Part shown: piece after piece, positions 1-14,673 of the stretch | How positions within the stretch are numbered: the first letter of the stretch is position 1 | Layout: each line of letters begins with the position of its first letter | From: Eledone cirrhosa | Lineage: Eukaryota | NCBI GenBank assembly: GCA_964016885.1 | Contig: OZ024740.1 | Location: 140,988,001 to 141,052,000 of the forward strand | Direction of reading: 5' to 3' | DNA length: 64,000 nt | Translations under genes and position numbers: made by a program | The notes under the pieces: model-generated | The model's input: only the letters and a program-made list of their open reading frames with translations | What the model was told of the DNA's origin: nothing | Databases searched by the model: none

Positions 1-1082
1 TCATGCAAGTATTTCTAGTGTCAATCATTTAGGAGAACTTATTAATAAAAGGGGAAGGCAGCAAATTAGCAAAATCATTTTTAGATCATCAAATAGAATT
101 CTTTATGGCATTCATTCTAGCTCTCTTCATTCAGTGTTCAAATCCCATTGAGGTCAACTTTGCCTTTCATTCTTTTGAGGTTGATAAAAAAAAAGTACCT
201 GTCCAGTATTGGGGCAATTTTTCCTCTATATCTCTTTTTCACATCTCTGAAAGAAATTGGGTGTGTTTAGACCTGGAGAAGGGATGGGTTCTGCCAGGTA
301 TAAAATGTCCAAGAAATGCACTTATGACTCCACCATAAGTTACAGGTCCATACATATATACATTAATGAATGAATTCCTTCATCCTCAATTGCAGTTGAT
401 TTTGTAAATAGAACAAAATGCATGGCATTAATAAAAAATGTTATTGCTTCCATCATTACCGAAATAACAAATTGAAGACACAAGTAAAAGTCAGTTCTCC
501 TTAATATTGAACATGAGATCTTTGATGCTGCTTATAAAAAGCTCATGTGTGTTAGATACTGCAATAAATGGCAAAATAAAATTGTATCATAGTTTTTAAG
601 GTTAATTCCTGTCTAAAAGCTTTAGCTGAAGTGTAACAAGTGGATATTAATAGTAAAAACTATTTTGGTGGTGCAACAGGGAGCTTCAAACCTTTGTGGC
701 ATTAATAATTCCCTTTCTATATATTAATGATATTAAATAATCCAAATTTGATTCTCATGAAATGCATTTGACATACTCTCCAAGAGAAATTTACAAATGG
801 TTCCACAATCAATATGAAATCCATTAAGGAGTCTGCGAAGCAAACCTCTGCTTTAGCAGGAAAAATGACCTCAAAATGATTGTTGGTAATATTATTGTTT
901 CTTCTAATTCTAGGGATGTAATACAGTGTTAACTGTTCACTACCAGTGAACTGAGGTAACATCCGTTATTTTTCAAGTACCCTCTGGAGTATTCAAGCTG
1001 TTCTAAGCAATGCTATTTTTTGAAAGTGTTTCATCCGTATTGCAATCCTTTATTATTATTATTATTGTTATTATTATTATTA

Positions 1083-1228
1083 GGGTGATGTATTGGCAGT
1101 ATTGATAGAGTGTTGGGTAACATGCTGGGTTCAAAGGTTAGCTTTGCCTTTCATCCTTACTGGGGTCAATTTAATCGATTTCCTCTCTCCCAAAATTGTT
1201 GGTCTTGTGCCTAAATCTGAAACCATTA
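1083..1228 (+). mobile_element. Degenerate tRNA-derived SINE (Meta-domain-like family)
   Basis: Carries tggcagtattgatagag and ctttgcctttcatccttactggggtc, and ends ggtcttgtgcctaaatctgaaac; matches the better copy at 18708. Confidence 0.65.
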
Positions 1229-2324
1229 TTATTACTATTTTTTTGACAGTTCCATGCAAACTTCTATTTAGTACATTGCTTTAATGCATTGGTTTTATTT
1301 ACTACTACTACTATCACCACCACCACCACCATCATCACCACAAGCTAATAGTTGTACTGTAAACTCTTTGTTCACAGTTCATGCAACAAGGTTGCTTATT
1401 GCATTACATGAATATTGAGGTGGGGGGGGGGTTGAGAGATTTATAATAGTAGAGATATGGCAATACTCTGTTGAAATATCAATTACTATGAAATAATCTG
1501 AGATTAATTAATTATCAGATTCATTGACTGCTGAAAATCCAATATTATACACCAAGGTAACAATAAACAAGGCTACTGAAAATAATGAAATTAATAGCAT
1601 GGCCTAATTTAACCAGTTTCAATTAATCTATGGTATGTCATAGGTGCTAAAATGAAAAAAACAAAACAAAAGAAGAAAACAAAAATAATATCAAAGTACT
1701 AACATATGCATTGGTATGCTTCAGTAAATCCACATCAACACTAGAGAGTTTATTAACCAGTCTATTGTTAAGACTGTTAGTGTGAATAGAGAGGTGTGAG
1801 AGAGAGAGTGTGTGTGAGAATGAGAGAGTATGTATTAGTATTTCATATGCTGAGAGAAAAAGAAAAAGGCCTCTTTCCTTCAGCCATAACTGACCATGGA
1901 TTATGCACCTATGACTGACAGAAAACAGGTTTGCCTCACAAGCCTGGGCAGAGTGTTTTTTGTAGAATATCAGCAGTTGCCCATGTATGCAAGTATCCCC
2001 TCTGCACAACACCAATGTTGCCCAAGAGAAAGAAAGGCAAAAGCCAATAGAATATGGGACCAATGATATCATAACTCAGCTTTTCCAGCAGAATGTACTG
2101 GAGTAATATGAAATAAAGTGTCTTGCTGAAGGAAATGATGTACAACTTGTCTCAGGAATCAATCTCACAAACGGTAAGCACAAAGCCATGTGCTTTCACT
2201 ATGCTGCGAGAAAGGGATGGTTTAACTAAATGTTTGACTATGCCAGAAGACATTTTCAGAATAAAAGGCATGTGTTATCTATCTTTCCTCAGTTGATGAA
2301 TATGGTCGGTCACAAAGTCCATTG

Positions 2325-2378
<54 letters not shown>

Positions 2379-5194
2379 CATATAATCATCATTTAACAAC
2401 TGTTTTCCTGCTAGCAAAGGTTTTGACATGCCAACACAGACTAGTACTCAAGCAGAACTACCGACTTCTCAGCTGGGAACCCACACCTCATTTACATATG
2501 TTCCTGTACTCTATAAATTAATCTGATGGGCTGGGGGCTTGCATCTCATTTACATATGATCTAGCACTCTACTGAGTGCATTTTATTCTGGTACCATCAC
2601 TAAGGAAGTTATCATGTCTTTGACATGGCTGAAGAATCCTCCCAACCATTTGTTTGGCAGTTTTTCTATGGCTGAATGCCTTTTCTATCACTAACCACTT
2701 TAAAGTGTACTGGTTGTATTTATCCTGTAGATCACCAATACTAGAGTGTTTTCCATACTTCTGACAATAGCTAAAGAGTTCTCTCAACTCTTTTTGGCAT
2801 AGTTTTTTCAGCAGGATGCTCTTCCCATTGCCAACCACCTTACAGAGTGTACTGGATACAATTTTGTGGCACCAGCACTAGAGAGGTTGTCAGTCATTGA
2901 CTCAACTGAAGAGCTCACTCTACCACATGAACGGTGCAGAGGATATATTGTTATACAATGGGAAGGTCATGCTGCCAATAAAAACGTGGTTTCATATGGT
3001 ACAGGATATTAAGAGTTATTATTGACCTGATTTATCTTCAGTCAGATTAAAGTGATTATATATTACTTCAATGAAAATATGAATGTCTATTCATTTATTT
3101 ATTTATTACAGGCAGATTAACTAATAATTTGTTCCTCCTGGCTAAAATATATTTTCAAGTGCAAATAACTTCCCTTGAAAGTTCAATGACCGAAAATGGG
3201 ATAAGTCAAATGGAAAGCATTTATCAACATTATCATCAGCAGCAAACCTCCCCCACCCACTATCATTACAAACAGCACAATCATCATTACCACCACCATC
3301 ATCCTCATCACTACATGAATTCAGTTTTTTGTGACATTTTACGGCTGTTTTTTTTTTTTTGTTACCCTGACCAGTGGACCACTAGGCCAGTCTATTGCTG
3401 AGGGACACATTCCATTATTCAGATCGTCAATCAGCTGCCAACAATCTCTGCATGAAAGACTCAGTATGATGTAGCTGATGATATGCAGACATGTGCTGAA
3501 GCTTGACTACAAACTCATAGATCATGATGAGTTCAAATCTGCTGCAAGTTTATCAGGTTTCTGGATAGAGCGCTATTCTGTATGTTCCACACTTCACATA
3601 ATCCAGTTGATATGGAAATGTTACCAGCAATAGCCATGATCCTATACATTGGTAGATTAACCTATCATCTGCTTAACACATAAGTGAACGAGAGAGCTTT
3701 ACTGAGGTTGATAGAACTGATAAAAATAGCAGACAATATCCCTTAAATCACACCCTACTGTCTTAAAAAAGGACACATTAGATACTGTACGTTAGGGGTA
3801 GAATTTTTCATTTAATTTAATTCAGCTGTTGTTGATCCACTGCTGTATGAAGTCTCGGCATGCCATTGCTGGCTTATCTATCCTGCTTGTTAGCCTACCT
3901 ATCCACTACAGAAAACTGTTGGTTGAACAGAGTGCTCTTGTGGTTGGGTGATTAGCCCTGGCCATGGCCATTTAGTTGCTGGCCATGGCCATTTAGTTGG
4001 AGTTTTAATTCAGAACACAAAGAGCCAAAAATGAACCCAGAGGGACATCTCATTTAATGCTCTAACAGTTTTGCCAAGCTACCAACCTCCCAGAACTGAT
4101 ACTTTATTGATTAACCCTTTACTGATAAGGGCTGACCTAGGACTAAATATCAATAACAACACCGGAACTAAGGTTTGTGAAATATTTAGACTACATTGTG
4201 GGTATTTATATTTAAGTGATGGAGCAGCTAATTACTTAACATATTCAATCTTGCGATCAAATTTGCACTCAACAGAATCTTTACTACCTTTTGTAATAAC
4301 CAGAGGCCAAATCTTCAGTCCTAGATTTTAAAACAGCCAATTCCTCAATAACAATAGAATGTTCATAATTTGAATACCAATAGAATGAGGAAAGTTCAAT
4401 TATGACCAGCATGCTAAATGTTCTATAAGTGAAGTTTTCAAGACTATTTGATATGCGAAATATTCCTAGAGTATTTGATTGGCTATTTCTATGTCTTCTA
4501 CACCTGCCTTTTCATTTTAACATGGGCTGTATAAGACTTTTTGAGACAGTATTCTATGGTTGGATGCCATTTATGACACCAGCCTTCAATTCTTTAAAAG
4601 TAAGGTACAGATCTTTGGATGTCTAGCCCCTTTATTGTAGGACATGAACAAATGCCATTGCTTGTGTTATAGCAAAGTCACTGAGACAAAGAAACTCACA
4701 CACACATGCATGCATGTACATATATATATATAGTTTATTGAGGTCGAGTCAGTGACAGTTTACTTTGGAGTTATTAGGCAGTGTAACATACAGGAGAAAC
4801 TCTAAAGTAACAGGACACTGATTTGGCCTTAATAGCTATTAATCCCTCCTGTGGTATCAAGTAATTTTCGTGTTCATTGATACTGAACATATATATATAT
4901 ATATATATACAGAGAGAGAGAGGGGGAGAGAGAGAGAGAGATTGTTCACTCCACTTAGATTAGAAGATTTCGCCATATTTTTAAATAAATAAAAAACAAC
5001 ATATCATCATCATTTTACGTCCGCTTTTCCCTGCTTGCAAGGGTGGGACGGAAACTGATTCTGGCTTGATTTCTACAGCTGGATGCCCTTCCTAACACCA
5101 ACCTCATTTACAGTGAGTGCTGGGTGCTTTTTTGCCGTGGCACCTCCACGACCACTTTGCAGTGGAATGATATGGACCCCAGTTCCTATCATCT

Positions 5195-5330
5195 CATTTC
5201 TACAGCTGAGTAAACTGGAGCAATGTGAAATAAAGTGTCTTGCTCAAGGAAACAACACATCACCCGGTCTGAGAATTGAACTCACAACCTTTCGATTGCA
5301 AGACCAATGCTCTAACCACTAAACCATGTA
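5195..5330 (-). mobile_element. tRNA-derived CORE-like SINE
   Basis: ctggagcaatgtgaaataaagtgtcttgctcaagga is followed by a reverse-complement tRNA-like head with A/B boxes (gaattgaactc, ctctaaccactaaacca). Similar copies lie near 2080-2200 and 20108. Confidence 0.65.
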
Positions 5331-5521
5331 CTTCATATATATGTGTAAATATCACATGTTTAGAAGATGGCAGTGTAATTTGAAAACTAAATTGAATTTG
5401 TAATTTTCTATAGAAGAGTCTAGTAATAACAGAGGATACAACCTCTTCAATGTACCCTCTCAGCATTTCAACATGCATAGAGCACTAACCTGATTTGTGC
5501 ACTGAATAATCTTTGCACCAT

Positions 5522-5576
<55 letters not shown>

Positions 5577-6644
5577 ACAGGCTTCAGTATAGTTTCCAGC
5601 TACCAAATTCACTAACAAAGTATAGATCACTTTGAGGTCACAAAGAAACTTGTTAACTATACTACCATACCTGCTGTGATGTTATATGTTCAAATTTGCT
5701 GTTTCAGAGCAGAACATTTTATTTTACATTTACTCTGTGGTTTTCCCTAATGTTTGGTAATAGGCAGCAGACCACCTGGGATGGTTACATTTGATGATGA
5801 ATCCTCTGTCGGTTTGGTTGGTGAACATTTAGGTGTTTGATCAGCTGAATGTCCAATTTGGGAATTAACATATCTTAGATGTGAATGGAATTATGATCGA
5901 AGACAATACACACACATACATGCACATCATCACCATTATCACCATTTAACATCTGCTAGGAAGAGTTGGATGGGTCATCACCAGCCAAGTCAATACTTAA
6001 CCAGTGCTACTGAGCCCTCAGATAGGGTGGAAGGTGCAGTGGAGGTGGGGGATGTATTTCCCACACTCTACAGAGTGCACACAGTGTAATTGATTGTGAC
6101 CCAGCACTAGGGAGGTTGTCATGTCTTTGACACAACTGAAGAGTCCTCCTGACCCTCTGTTTAGACATTTTTTTTATGGTTGGATGCGTTTCATATAATC
6201 AATCACCTTGCAGGGTTTAGGGTGCCATTTTCATGGCACCAGCACTAGAGAGGTTGTCAGTCACAGAATCAACTGAAGAGCCCTCTTTACATATACATAT
6301 ATATATATCATGTTTAATACAGAAATGGCTTCTACACGATTGAACCTGGGACATATGTGTGTGTGGTGTTAGTAAGGGCATCCAGCCATAGAAACCATGC
6401 CAAATTTGAACATATGTTCAAGGCATGGTATCTGACCTATCTAATTTCAGAACGTGATGATCTGTCCAATCCATGCTAGGGTTGAAAATGTCTTTCACAC
6501 ATGTCCTATTTTGGCATTGGCATCTATGGTTGGATGCCCATCCTAATGTTAATCACTTTACAGCACATAGTGAATGTAATTTATCATGACACCAGCACTA
6601 TCACTGTACAGCATATAAGTGTAGAAAAACGGCCTTAAAAACGA

Positions 6645-6697
<53 letters not shown>

Positions 6698-7194
6698 AAT
6701 TGGCAGCAAAGAAGTCAAATGTCTTTAACCAGAAATTGAAACTGATTCAGGCAATTGATTTTCTGAGGGTTGTTAAATTCTTTGATTTATGATGCTCAAC
6801 AAAAGATCATCATCTATATTGATTTTTTTTTAGTGATTTGTTGCGAAAGAAATAGATAAATATTGATTTCTTTTGATTAGACACATGGCTTTTGGTGTAA
6901 AAACGATGATAAAGTAAATGTAGATATTTAAGATGTTTATCAAGGATATTACTGGTTTAAATCACTAGGAATGTATCCCCAATCGAATTAATAACCCTTT
7001 TGTACGAATTTCCTTTGTGATAATTTCTTATGATATAAAATTGTAAATGCAAGACATCATCATTTTATGTCTGTTATCAATGGTGACATTGGCTGGACCT
7101 GTTGGTTAGTTCAAGACTAGACTAGCTGGAAGACCATGTTTTGTTTGTAGATTACATTTTTAGCATGCTTTCTTCAGGTGGATGTTCTTCCTAA

Positions 7195-7425
7195 GGCTAA
7201 CCACTTTACAGAGTCTACAAGGTCTATTTTATTATGGTATTAGCACTACCACTTTACAGAGTACATGGGTACATTTTATCGTGGCATTAATACTGCTACT
7301 TTATAGAGTCAGCTGGGTACATTGTGTTATGGCACCAGCATCACCACTTTACAGAGTGAACTGGGCACAATTTCTCATTACACCAGCACTACCATGTACA
7401 GAATGTATGGCGTGTATTTTGTCAT
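7195..7425. repeat. About five tandem ~43-bp units derived from a SINE/LINE tail
   Basis: Repeated accactttacagagt...ggg..catt...gtggcaccagc. The same motif occurs singly near 2690, 2835, 6065, 6550 and 23040. Confidence 0.65.
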
Positions 7426-8086
7426 CATCACTACCTTATATGTACTACTGCAAAAATATTATAAACAGATATATTTGTACTTGTGTCCTCATCTTGATTG
7501 TTATAGTCACAATGTTTCTGCAATTGTCCTCTCTGGCCTTCTGTAATATTTGGTAATGTACTTGGAAATGTGATTACAGAAACCAAGATGAGGATATTAG
7601 TCTGAATAAATCTATTTATAATATCAGATGCCATGGTAGATGCTTTTGTTCTTCACCCACTGTCATGAACCTCAGTGTCAGTTGCCTCCCATGACATGCC
7701 ACTCTCAATGAGATTATTATTAAATATAGCTTGGATGATACTGGGTTCCCATTGTAGCTTAAACAGATGGGGCTTGACCAAGGTTAGATGGCATTACAAT
7801 CTTCCAGTAAGTCCCCCATCTGGGACATGTCATGCAGTGATATTTTCTCCAGCAGCAACCTGGTCAATTCAAGTTTTGTTGCCCAAGTAGCTGAAGATTG
7901 TAATCTGTTGAAGTACTGGAAACTTTCCGATAGCTTGAATCTATAGTTATCGAAACTTCTAGTGTCCTGGGTATCCAAACCACCTCTCTACTTACTACGA
8001 TTCAGATGAAATTGGCTACCTGTAACAATAGGCCTTATAAGTTGGATTATTTCTTTCAGTGTAACTCCTCTCACTATCCTCTAGGG

Positions 8087-8253
8087 CAGTGGTTCCCAAA
8101 GTGGGTTCCACAAAGGAGTGTCAGGGGTTCCGTGAAAAAAGGTAGAGGAGTATATTTATATTACGACCATATAACAGTATTAGACTTTGGAGGTTCCCCA
8201 AACGTTTATGAAACAAAAAGGGTTCCACGTTGGAAAAAGCTTGGGAAACCCTG
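8087..8253. mobile_element. hAT (Charlie-like) MITE
   Basis: TIRs cagtggttcccaa / ttgggaaaccctg, flanked by an 8-bp TSD ctctaggg / ctctaagg. Confidence 0.8.
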
Positions 8254-8383
8254 CTCTAAGGTAATGCTTTGGCACATCTGACTGCTGGGACCATGTTAAA
8301 ACCTCGGCTTGAGGTGTTGCACTTCAGAAAGATAGTACAAGTGAACAAAAGAATGTGTCAACTTTTCATACCATTATTATTTG

Positions 8384-8417
<34 letters not shown>

Positions 8418-8439
8418 CCATACACACATTAACTGTAAT

Positions 8440-8535
8440 TAATAATTGTTTCTACTTTAGGCACAAGGCCAGCATTACAGGTACTTTATTTTATCGCCCC
8501 CGTAAGGATGAAAGGCAAAGTTAACCTCGGCGGGA
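8440..8535 (-). mobile_element. Partial Meta-domain-like SINE
   Basis: Reverse complement of the 18708 SINE body and tail (ggatgaaaggcaaagttaacctcggcggg). Confidence 0.7.
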
Positions 8536-9319
8536 TGATAATTGCACCTTTCAGAAATTCACATAAATTGTACATAATATTATTCGCCAAAAGAAAAAAA
8601 AGTTGTTCACCAAATTAAATAAAATAGTCATAATTGGGGTTTAAAATTGGATTGCATACAACAATAAATTGCTGAAAGAAGAAGACTTTTATTTTTTTCG
8701 TTGTCAATTTTTAAAAAGAAAAAGTAGAACATCTGGTTGTTTCCTATTTTCGGGTACTAATAGAACCAAAATTAGAAATTTAACAAATAAAATGTACTTA
8801 ATTTCTGTTTCCGTATACAAGCTGCCAGCGAAAGGAAAAAAACAAATCTAATGTATTTATTTTCTATATAAACACTACATCTGAGTGTTCATACACAGAT
8901 GATTGAAGGGTTGTAGCTGCCCATCTCTGACGAAAGTGTGGGACGAGCGATATTCTATTTTGTTCATGAACACGTGCTGAGAACTAAATTTAGCAATCAG
9001 CAACAGCTTCTCGCAATTCTCATTTCCTGCATTAATGAATTCTATATCTTCATTTGAAGATATTCCATAGGAAGAAGAATTTCAATTACATTTAATAGTT
9101 TTCGCTTTTCTATTTTAAGCAAAATTTTCAAAACACACACACACATTTCAAATTATACTTTTGCTTTATTAGTACTCTAAAAAGGAAATAACTCAAGAGT
9201 GAATCATCATCAACATGTATTACTGGTATTTCTTTCATGTGTCAATGCATAAAAACAAGACAAAGTATAAACATGAAATCAATGAAAATTAAAGAAAAGA
9301 AGATAAAATTATAGTTTAC

Positions 9320-10512
9320 CTGTCCAAAACAAGTTCTTGTAGTTGACTTAAATCGCAAGCAATATATTCCAAAGAGGCGTCGGTAATTTTAGGACACCAA
9401 GATAAGTCCAAAAGGCGTAACTTCCGAAGATTTTCCGCTATAAGTTCAACTCCGTCGTCTGTTATTTTACTGCAGCCTGATAGACTGAGGACGGTGAGAT
9501 TTGGTAACGAATGTACAATATTTACTATACCATGGTTAGTTATCTCCCAACACGATTGCAGACGTAGAATGCATAATGTATAGCTCTGTTTGGCACTGAA
9601 GAAAGAAAGAGCAGCATCTGTAACATGGTAGGCTTGAAGATTGAGTTCGTACAGAGCCGGAAGTAACTGTGCTATGGCGCCGACCGTATCGTCTGCTACA
9701 TTGATGCAGTCGCTTACGGAAAGTGAGACAATTTTGGGGTTCAAACACGACCACAAACCTGTCTCTGTGATTTCATTACAACCAGAAAGTTCCAAACGAT
9801 AAACACAAGTCATTTTCTTAAACATCAATTCGAGCCCGACATCCGTTACATTTGAACAACGTACACTGATAGAACGAATTTGTTTCCTACAAGGTGGGAA
9901 ATTGTTAACAAAGTCCTGAATATCTTCGTCTGTCGCCCCAAATAAACATATCGAGTCGAAGCCTCGCAGAATGAGGCTTTCAAAAAATTTATTTCTCCCT
10001 TCTACATCGTTACACCATTTTCGACATGATATAACAGGTATGACATCTGTCCAGTAACACACGTTATATAGAATATTTCTCCATCGCTTACACACCCGTG
10101 CTAAGTCACCTTTTTCTTGCGGCGAGAAATAGGAAAAGAAGCGGGACAAAAATTTCTCGTCTAAAAATAATTCCTGGACAGATGTGGGGCTATACCGCCC
10201 ATTTAATATTCGCATTCTTCGAATGGCAACTGACGATACAGTCGAGGCTGGAGAAGACGACGTATTAATGACATTGCTGTTGTAAGGTTGGTTGGGTTTC
10301 GAAAGGCGCAGGATTTTGCCTCCAACCCCAGTTGTTGAAGACAATGTATTGGGAACGGATGACTTAGATGAGATTAACGAAGGAATTTGTGTCGTTATCG
10401 ACGCATCCTTTGACGAAGTGGATGCCGAAGCCTGAGGGGTCTGATCTCTGTGTAAACGAAGGCCTCTGATCCCATTCGACAATTCCATATAAGCCCTACG
10501 TATAGTCGACAT
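9320..10512 (-). CDS. FBXL16: F-box/LRR-repeat protein 16, first coding exon (CDS continues in a downstream exon not found in this window)
   Basis: The ORF has an F-box (LFLDEKFLSRFFSYFSPQEKGDLARVCKRWRNILY) followed by cysteine-containing LRRs (LELSGCNEITETGL, LSVSDCINVADD, LNLQAYHVTDAAL, LRLQSCWEITNHG, LDLSWCPKITDASLEYIACDL) characteristic of FBXL16. The track start at 10533 is GTG; the first in-frame ATG is 10512 (MSTIRRAYMELSNGIRGL). The ORF ends at GAC AG|GTAAAC, a phase-2 donor in the LDR motif, so the TAA is intronic. Confidence 0.93.
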
Positions 10513-10822
10513 ATTATTCCACTTGCCCCACACTGTCCAGACACATGTACACGCTCGACAGGATATAACCCTACTGCTTTCCGATGAACATGAATTACAT
10601 TGGCATCGTTCACTACCGAGATAAAATTCTGCCTTGTTTTTATCACATGGTTTGATTTCTTCGAGTTTTCTTTGAATTTTTGCGGTTGTATTTTAGTTCT
10701 CCAGTGCTTTCGGCCGGTGGCGTAATTTATTATGATTATTATTGACCTTATATTCTATGAAAGGGTCATAAAATACTATTTAAGTAATTAATCTTGTGTA
10801 CAAAGGCTTCGTTAAGTTTCTC
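10513..10822 (-). other. Putative 5' UTR part of the FBXL16 coding exon, with splice acceptor at 10823-10824
   Basis: The minus strand reads TCTGTCTGTCTTTCTCTCATAG|GAG: a polypyrimidine tract plus AG about 310 nt upstream of the ATG. Confidence 0.55.
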
Positions 10823-12687
10823 CTATGAGAGAAAGACAGACAGAGAGATATAGAAACAGTATTTTACGTGTATTCTGTAATGATAAATTGGTAGGCACTG
10901 AAAGGAAATATTACGAGTCAAATTCGAAGCTAAATCGAAAAGAAAAAAGAGAGGGAAAGATTGAGAGAATAGATGAGAAAATGATAGAAGATTGAGTGGA
11001 ATGTTGTTTTTAAAAATCTCAAAAAAGATAATTAAGTAGAACTATGTAAAAACCCCACAAGTAGTTATAACCGTGTATGGATCCTGTCTTCTTTCCGATG
11101 CCCTTGTTAACGACACAGAGAATTGCTTTAAGTAATTAGAGAGCAGGAGAGTGTGACACACAGGAGGAGGGCGTAGGTAGGTAGGCAGATAGATAGATAG
11201 ATATTTAGGGAAAGGGTTATGAAGAGAAATCACATTTTAAGAATTATAATTGGGTCGTTAAGACCGAAACAGTCAATTCTGGTCAATCAGGGAAATTTCA
11301 ACAAAAGCAGCATTGACACACAGGATAATAAAACCCCGATCAAAATATATCTTTTTATTTTTATTATTATTGTTGTTGTTATTCAAATTACGGTCTTGTG
11401 CCTAAATTAGAAATCATTATTATTATCATTTAAACTAAATGGCTATTTTTTTCCTAAAAATTTCACCTTGCCTCTTTTTTATGCTAGATGTATATATGTA
11501 TTTAGATAAAATGTATACGTGTCTATAATATATAGATGTGTGTGCATTGGTGTTTGTGAATAATAAATAAATTAGGTTTAGGTATATTAAACAGTAAACT
11601 GATATATGTATAATATGTATGTGTATAAATTGATACACCAACTACACTACACTAGCTCCTGTTACATACTGCTCCAAGGAATCGATATACAAGTGTTTAG
11701 TTCATAAAATATTTGCATAAAACTGAAGGCAATTATATCTTTCTATCATCGATTTACTACTTACGTACAATATAAATATAATTATTTTATTTAATTAAAG
11801 AAAATATTGAAGTTTTAAACAATTTAATTGTAATTTTCTCATTACATTATTTTCTAATTCATAAAAAAACCCTCATGTATTTGTATATTATATAAAGTTT
11901 TAAGTGGTAGTAATAGCTGACTACACTAAAATCTATGACATGGAATTTTCAAATGTATTATGAAAGCCAAATATCGATAACTAATGATACTAAATATAAA
12001 ATCATCTGATAGCTTATTCTTTCACTGCAGATAAATAATATACAAGGTTAAAACGAAACGTTTTAAATTTAAACCTTTATCAAACTATGGATGATTGGGG
12101 TTCGATTTGGACTGAATTTGATTTTTTTTAAATGTAAGTTAATACAAATTAATCCTGAACCTCGAACGGAAGATAATTAATAAATAAAATTTACATTTCT
12201 AATTAGGCTTACTACAACATAGTAGAAACGAGAGGTGGAGTATAACAACAACAGGAATAGTAGTGGCAACAACAAGGATAGAATGGTTAACACAAGAATA
12301 GTATCTATCTATCCTATCTAACCGGATAATGTTCTTTCTTTTGCACTATTATTTTATCGCCTATAAATTACATTTAATTAATGAATGATAGCTAGACACG
12401 CAGACAGACATACATATATGTTTACAGATAGAAATGGTAGGTAGGTATCCGTGGTCAGTATGAATGAATGTACTCCTTCCCCTCTGTCCGGAATTTGAAG
12501 CAACGATGTCAGTTTTAGAAAACCAAAAGGGATTATAGTATGTAATATTACGATATCGCCGTCGTATAGAGATTATTGCTGTATTATACTTTTTTTGTTT
12601 GACAGGAACATTTTTTTCTCTCTTGTCAACTGGATGTCATTCAAAGAACTGCTTAAATATCACAAGGAATTAATACATTATATATAT

Positions 12688-12749
<62 letters not shown>

Positions 12750-13009
12750 TGTATGTAGGTAATTGAAATAAAGACAAATTGGCTTTTAAGCAGGTGTAAT
12801 TTCACTTCCGCTTCAAGAATTATTTTTGCGGTGGTTTGATGGAGCTTTCACAAATCCAGGAAGATCCTTTGGCGGTGTGATTACTTCAGGAAAATAATAA
12901 TTAAATGTTAAGTGTGTATATATATATTTCTCCACGGCAGTTGGCTTGAAAATATCCACTCACGTTATACTGCCTTTTTTCATATTTTTTCGCTTTAAAT
13001 GTAGATAGG

Positions 13010-13042
<33 letters not shown>

Positions 13043-14640
13043 TGTATATATAGATGTATATATATATATTCGTCGGCAATGATTATTTAATAATATTCTT
13101 ATTCTTCTTGATTACATAATAGAGATATTGGAAGAAGAGAGAAGACAAAATAAATAATTGTTGTTCGTTTGTGACAAAAATATTAGCTGTGATAGATCAA
13201 ATTAAAATAGATGTATTATGATCTAAAGGTTAAAAAAAAGAGGAAAAAAAAAACAATTTCCCACAGCTGTTTTTGTTTATCTTTTTGTTTATTCTTTTCT
13301 GTCAGAAATAAAAAGACAATCGAACGGAGCAAGTATTCGGTTCAATATGAGAAACAGGATCATAGAAAAAAGACAAAAAGAAACACATCTGAAATGAATG
13401 TATAGTATTGAAAGTGGTAGGCGATAGATGATAGTAGAGCAAGTTTTGTTTAGAAATGAGCTCTCTTTCTCCTCAACACGAAATATCAATCAAATAATAT
13501 GCGCATGAATATTCCGATAGTGTATCTATAAACACACACACGTAATATATCACGTATATATATGTATATATATAAATATAACTTTTTCACAGCAGATATG
13601 ATCAACTCATTTTATATGGACGCAGAAAACAAATCGTATTTTATTTATCGTATCCTTGTTTCTCTTTCAGTTTCTCTTTCCTTGCGTTTTTCTCTCTTTC
13701 TTTCCGGCTTGTGCTTGAATATACGAGTCTAATTTTTTTTCCTTTTTTTTTTTTTTTTTTGCAATATTTCTTTCTGATCCGATTTACATATATATATATA
13801 AATTATCTTTGTTGTTTGCCAGCGGCAAATTGTATGTAAAATTGAAGAAAAGATTCAGATGAAAAGAATTCTTTTCCGTGCCATCCCAGAATGTTGGTTG
13901 GTGTAGCGGTCGGCTTCGTTGATTCTTCTTCCCAAACCAATATCCACCTGAGCCTGACAACATTTGCGCATCTTCATGTGGGTGGCTTGTAAGTAGGAGT
14001 CTAACGACCACCAAGAGGTAGCGGTGCTAGTGGTTGTTGTAGTAGTAGTAGTGGTGGTGGCAGTCGTCGTGATAAACGGTAGAAAGGAAAATTCAACCAC
14101 TACCAAAACACTCACATGTATATCTGCGTGTGTGCGTGTGTATGTATGTATACTGAAATAAAAGAACCGAAGATGAGTTAGAAGCAATGTATGTGGTGTG
14201 TGAGAGTGTGTTTGCATACACGAGGAAACAGACAGAAGCACACACAGAGAGGGGAAGGGAGGAAGAGAGATGGGTGGGGGCGACACAAACAGATTGAGAA
14301 CAGGAGAAATACGCATATATATAGAGAGCGAGAAAAACAGAGATGAAGAGTTATATAAAGAAAGAGAAAGTGCGAGAGAAAAGGAGTATGTATGTATGTA
14401 TGTATGTATGTATGTATGTATGTATGTATGTATGTATGTATCCGTCTATATGTCTATCTATCTATAATCGATCATTCTATTATTCTTATTGTTGTAGCTG
14501 TATTATCAATGTCCCGTGAATGTCGATTTGTAATTTCACCAATAACAATTAATCTTGCATATTTTTCTCAACATTATTATGATTGTCATTGTTACTACTA
14601 CTACTACTACTACTACTACTATTATCTCTAGTGTCAGTAA

Positions 14641-14673
<33 letters not shown>

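Noticed and set aside
3471-3510. gtag CTGATGA...GAAG cttga ctac hammerhead-like motif
   Set aside because: Stem II is poorly paired, GAAA is altered and there is no valid NUH. At best a decayed copy.
7431-7978. Minus-strand ORFs faintly resembling an RLE endonuclease (SDII...ILI...TFP)
   Set aside because: Too degenerate to support without a profile search.
1-9300. Search for the next FBXL16 exon (expected to begin C-x-x-I-T-D-x-G)
   Set aside because: No convincing match. The ITD-like stretch near 960 is preceded by a stop and lacks LRR context, so the exon probably lies beyond the left edge.
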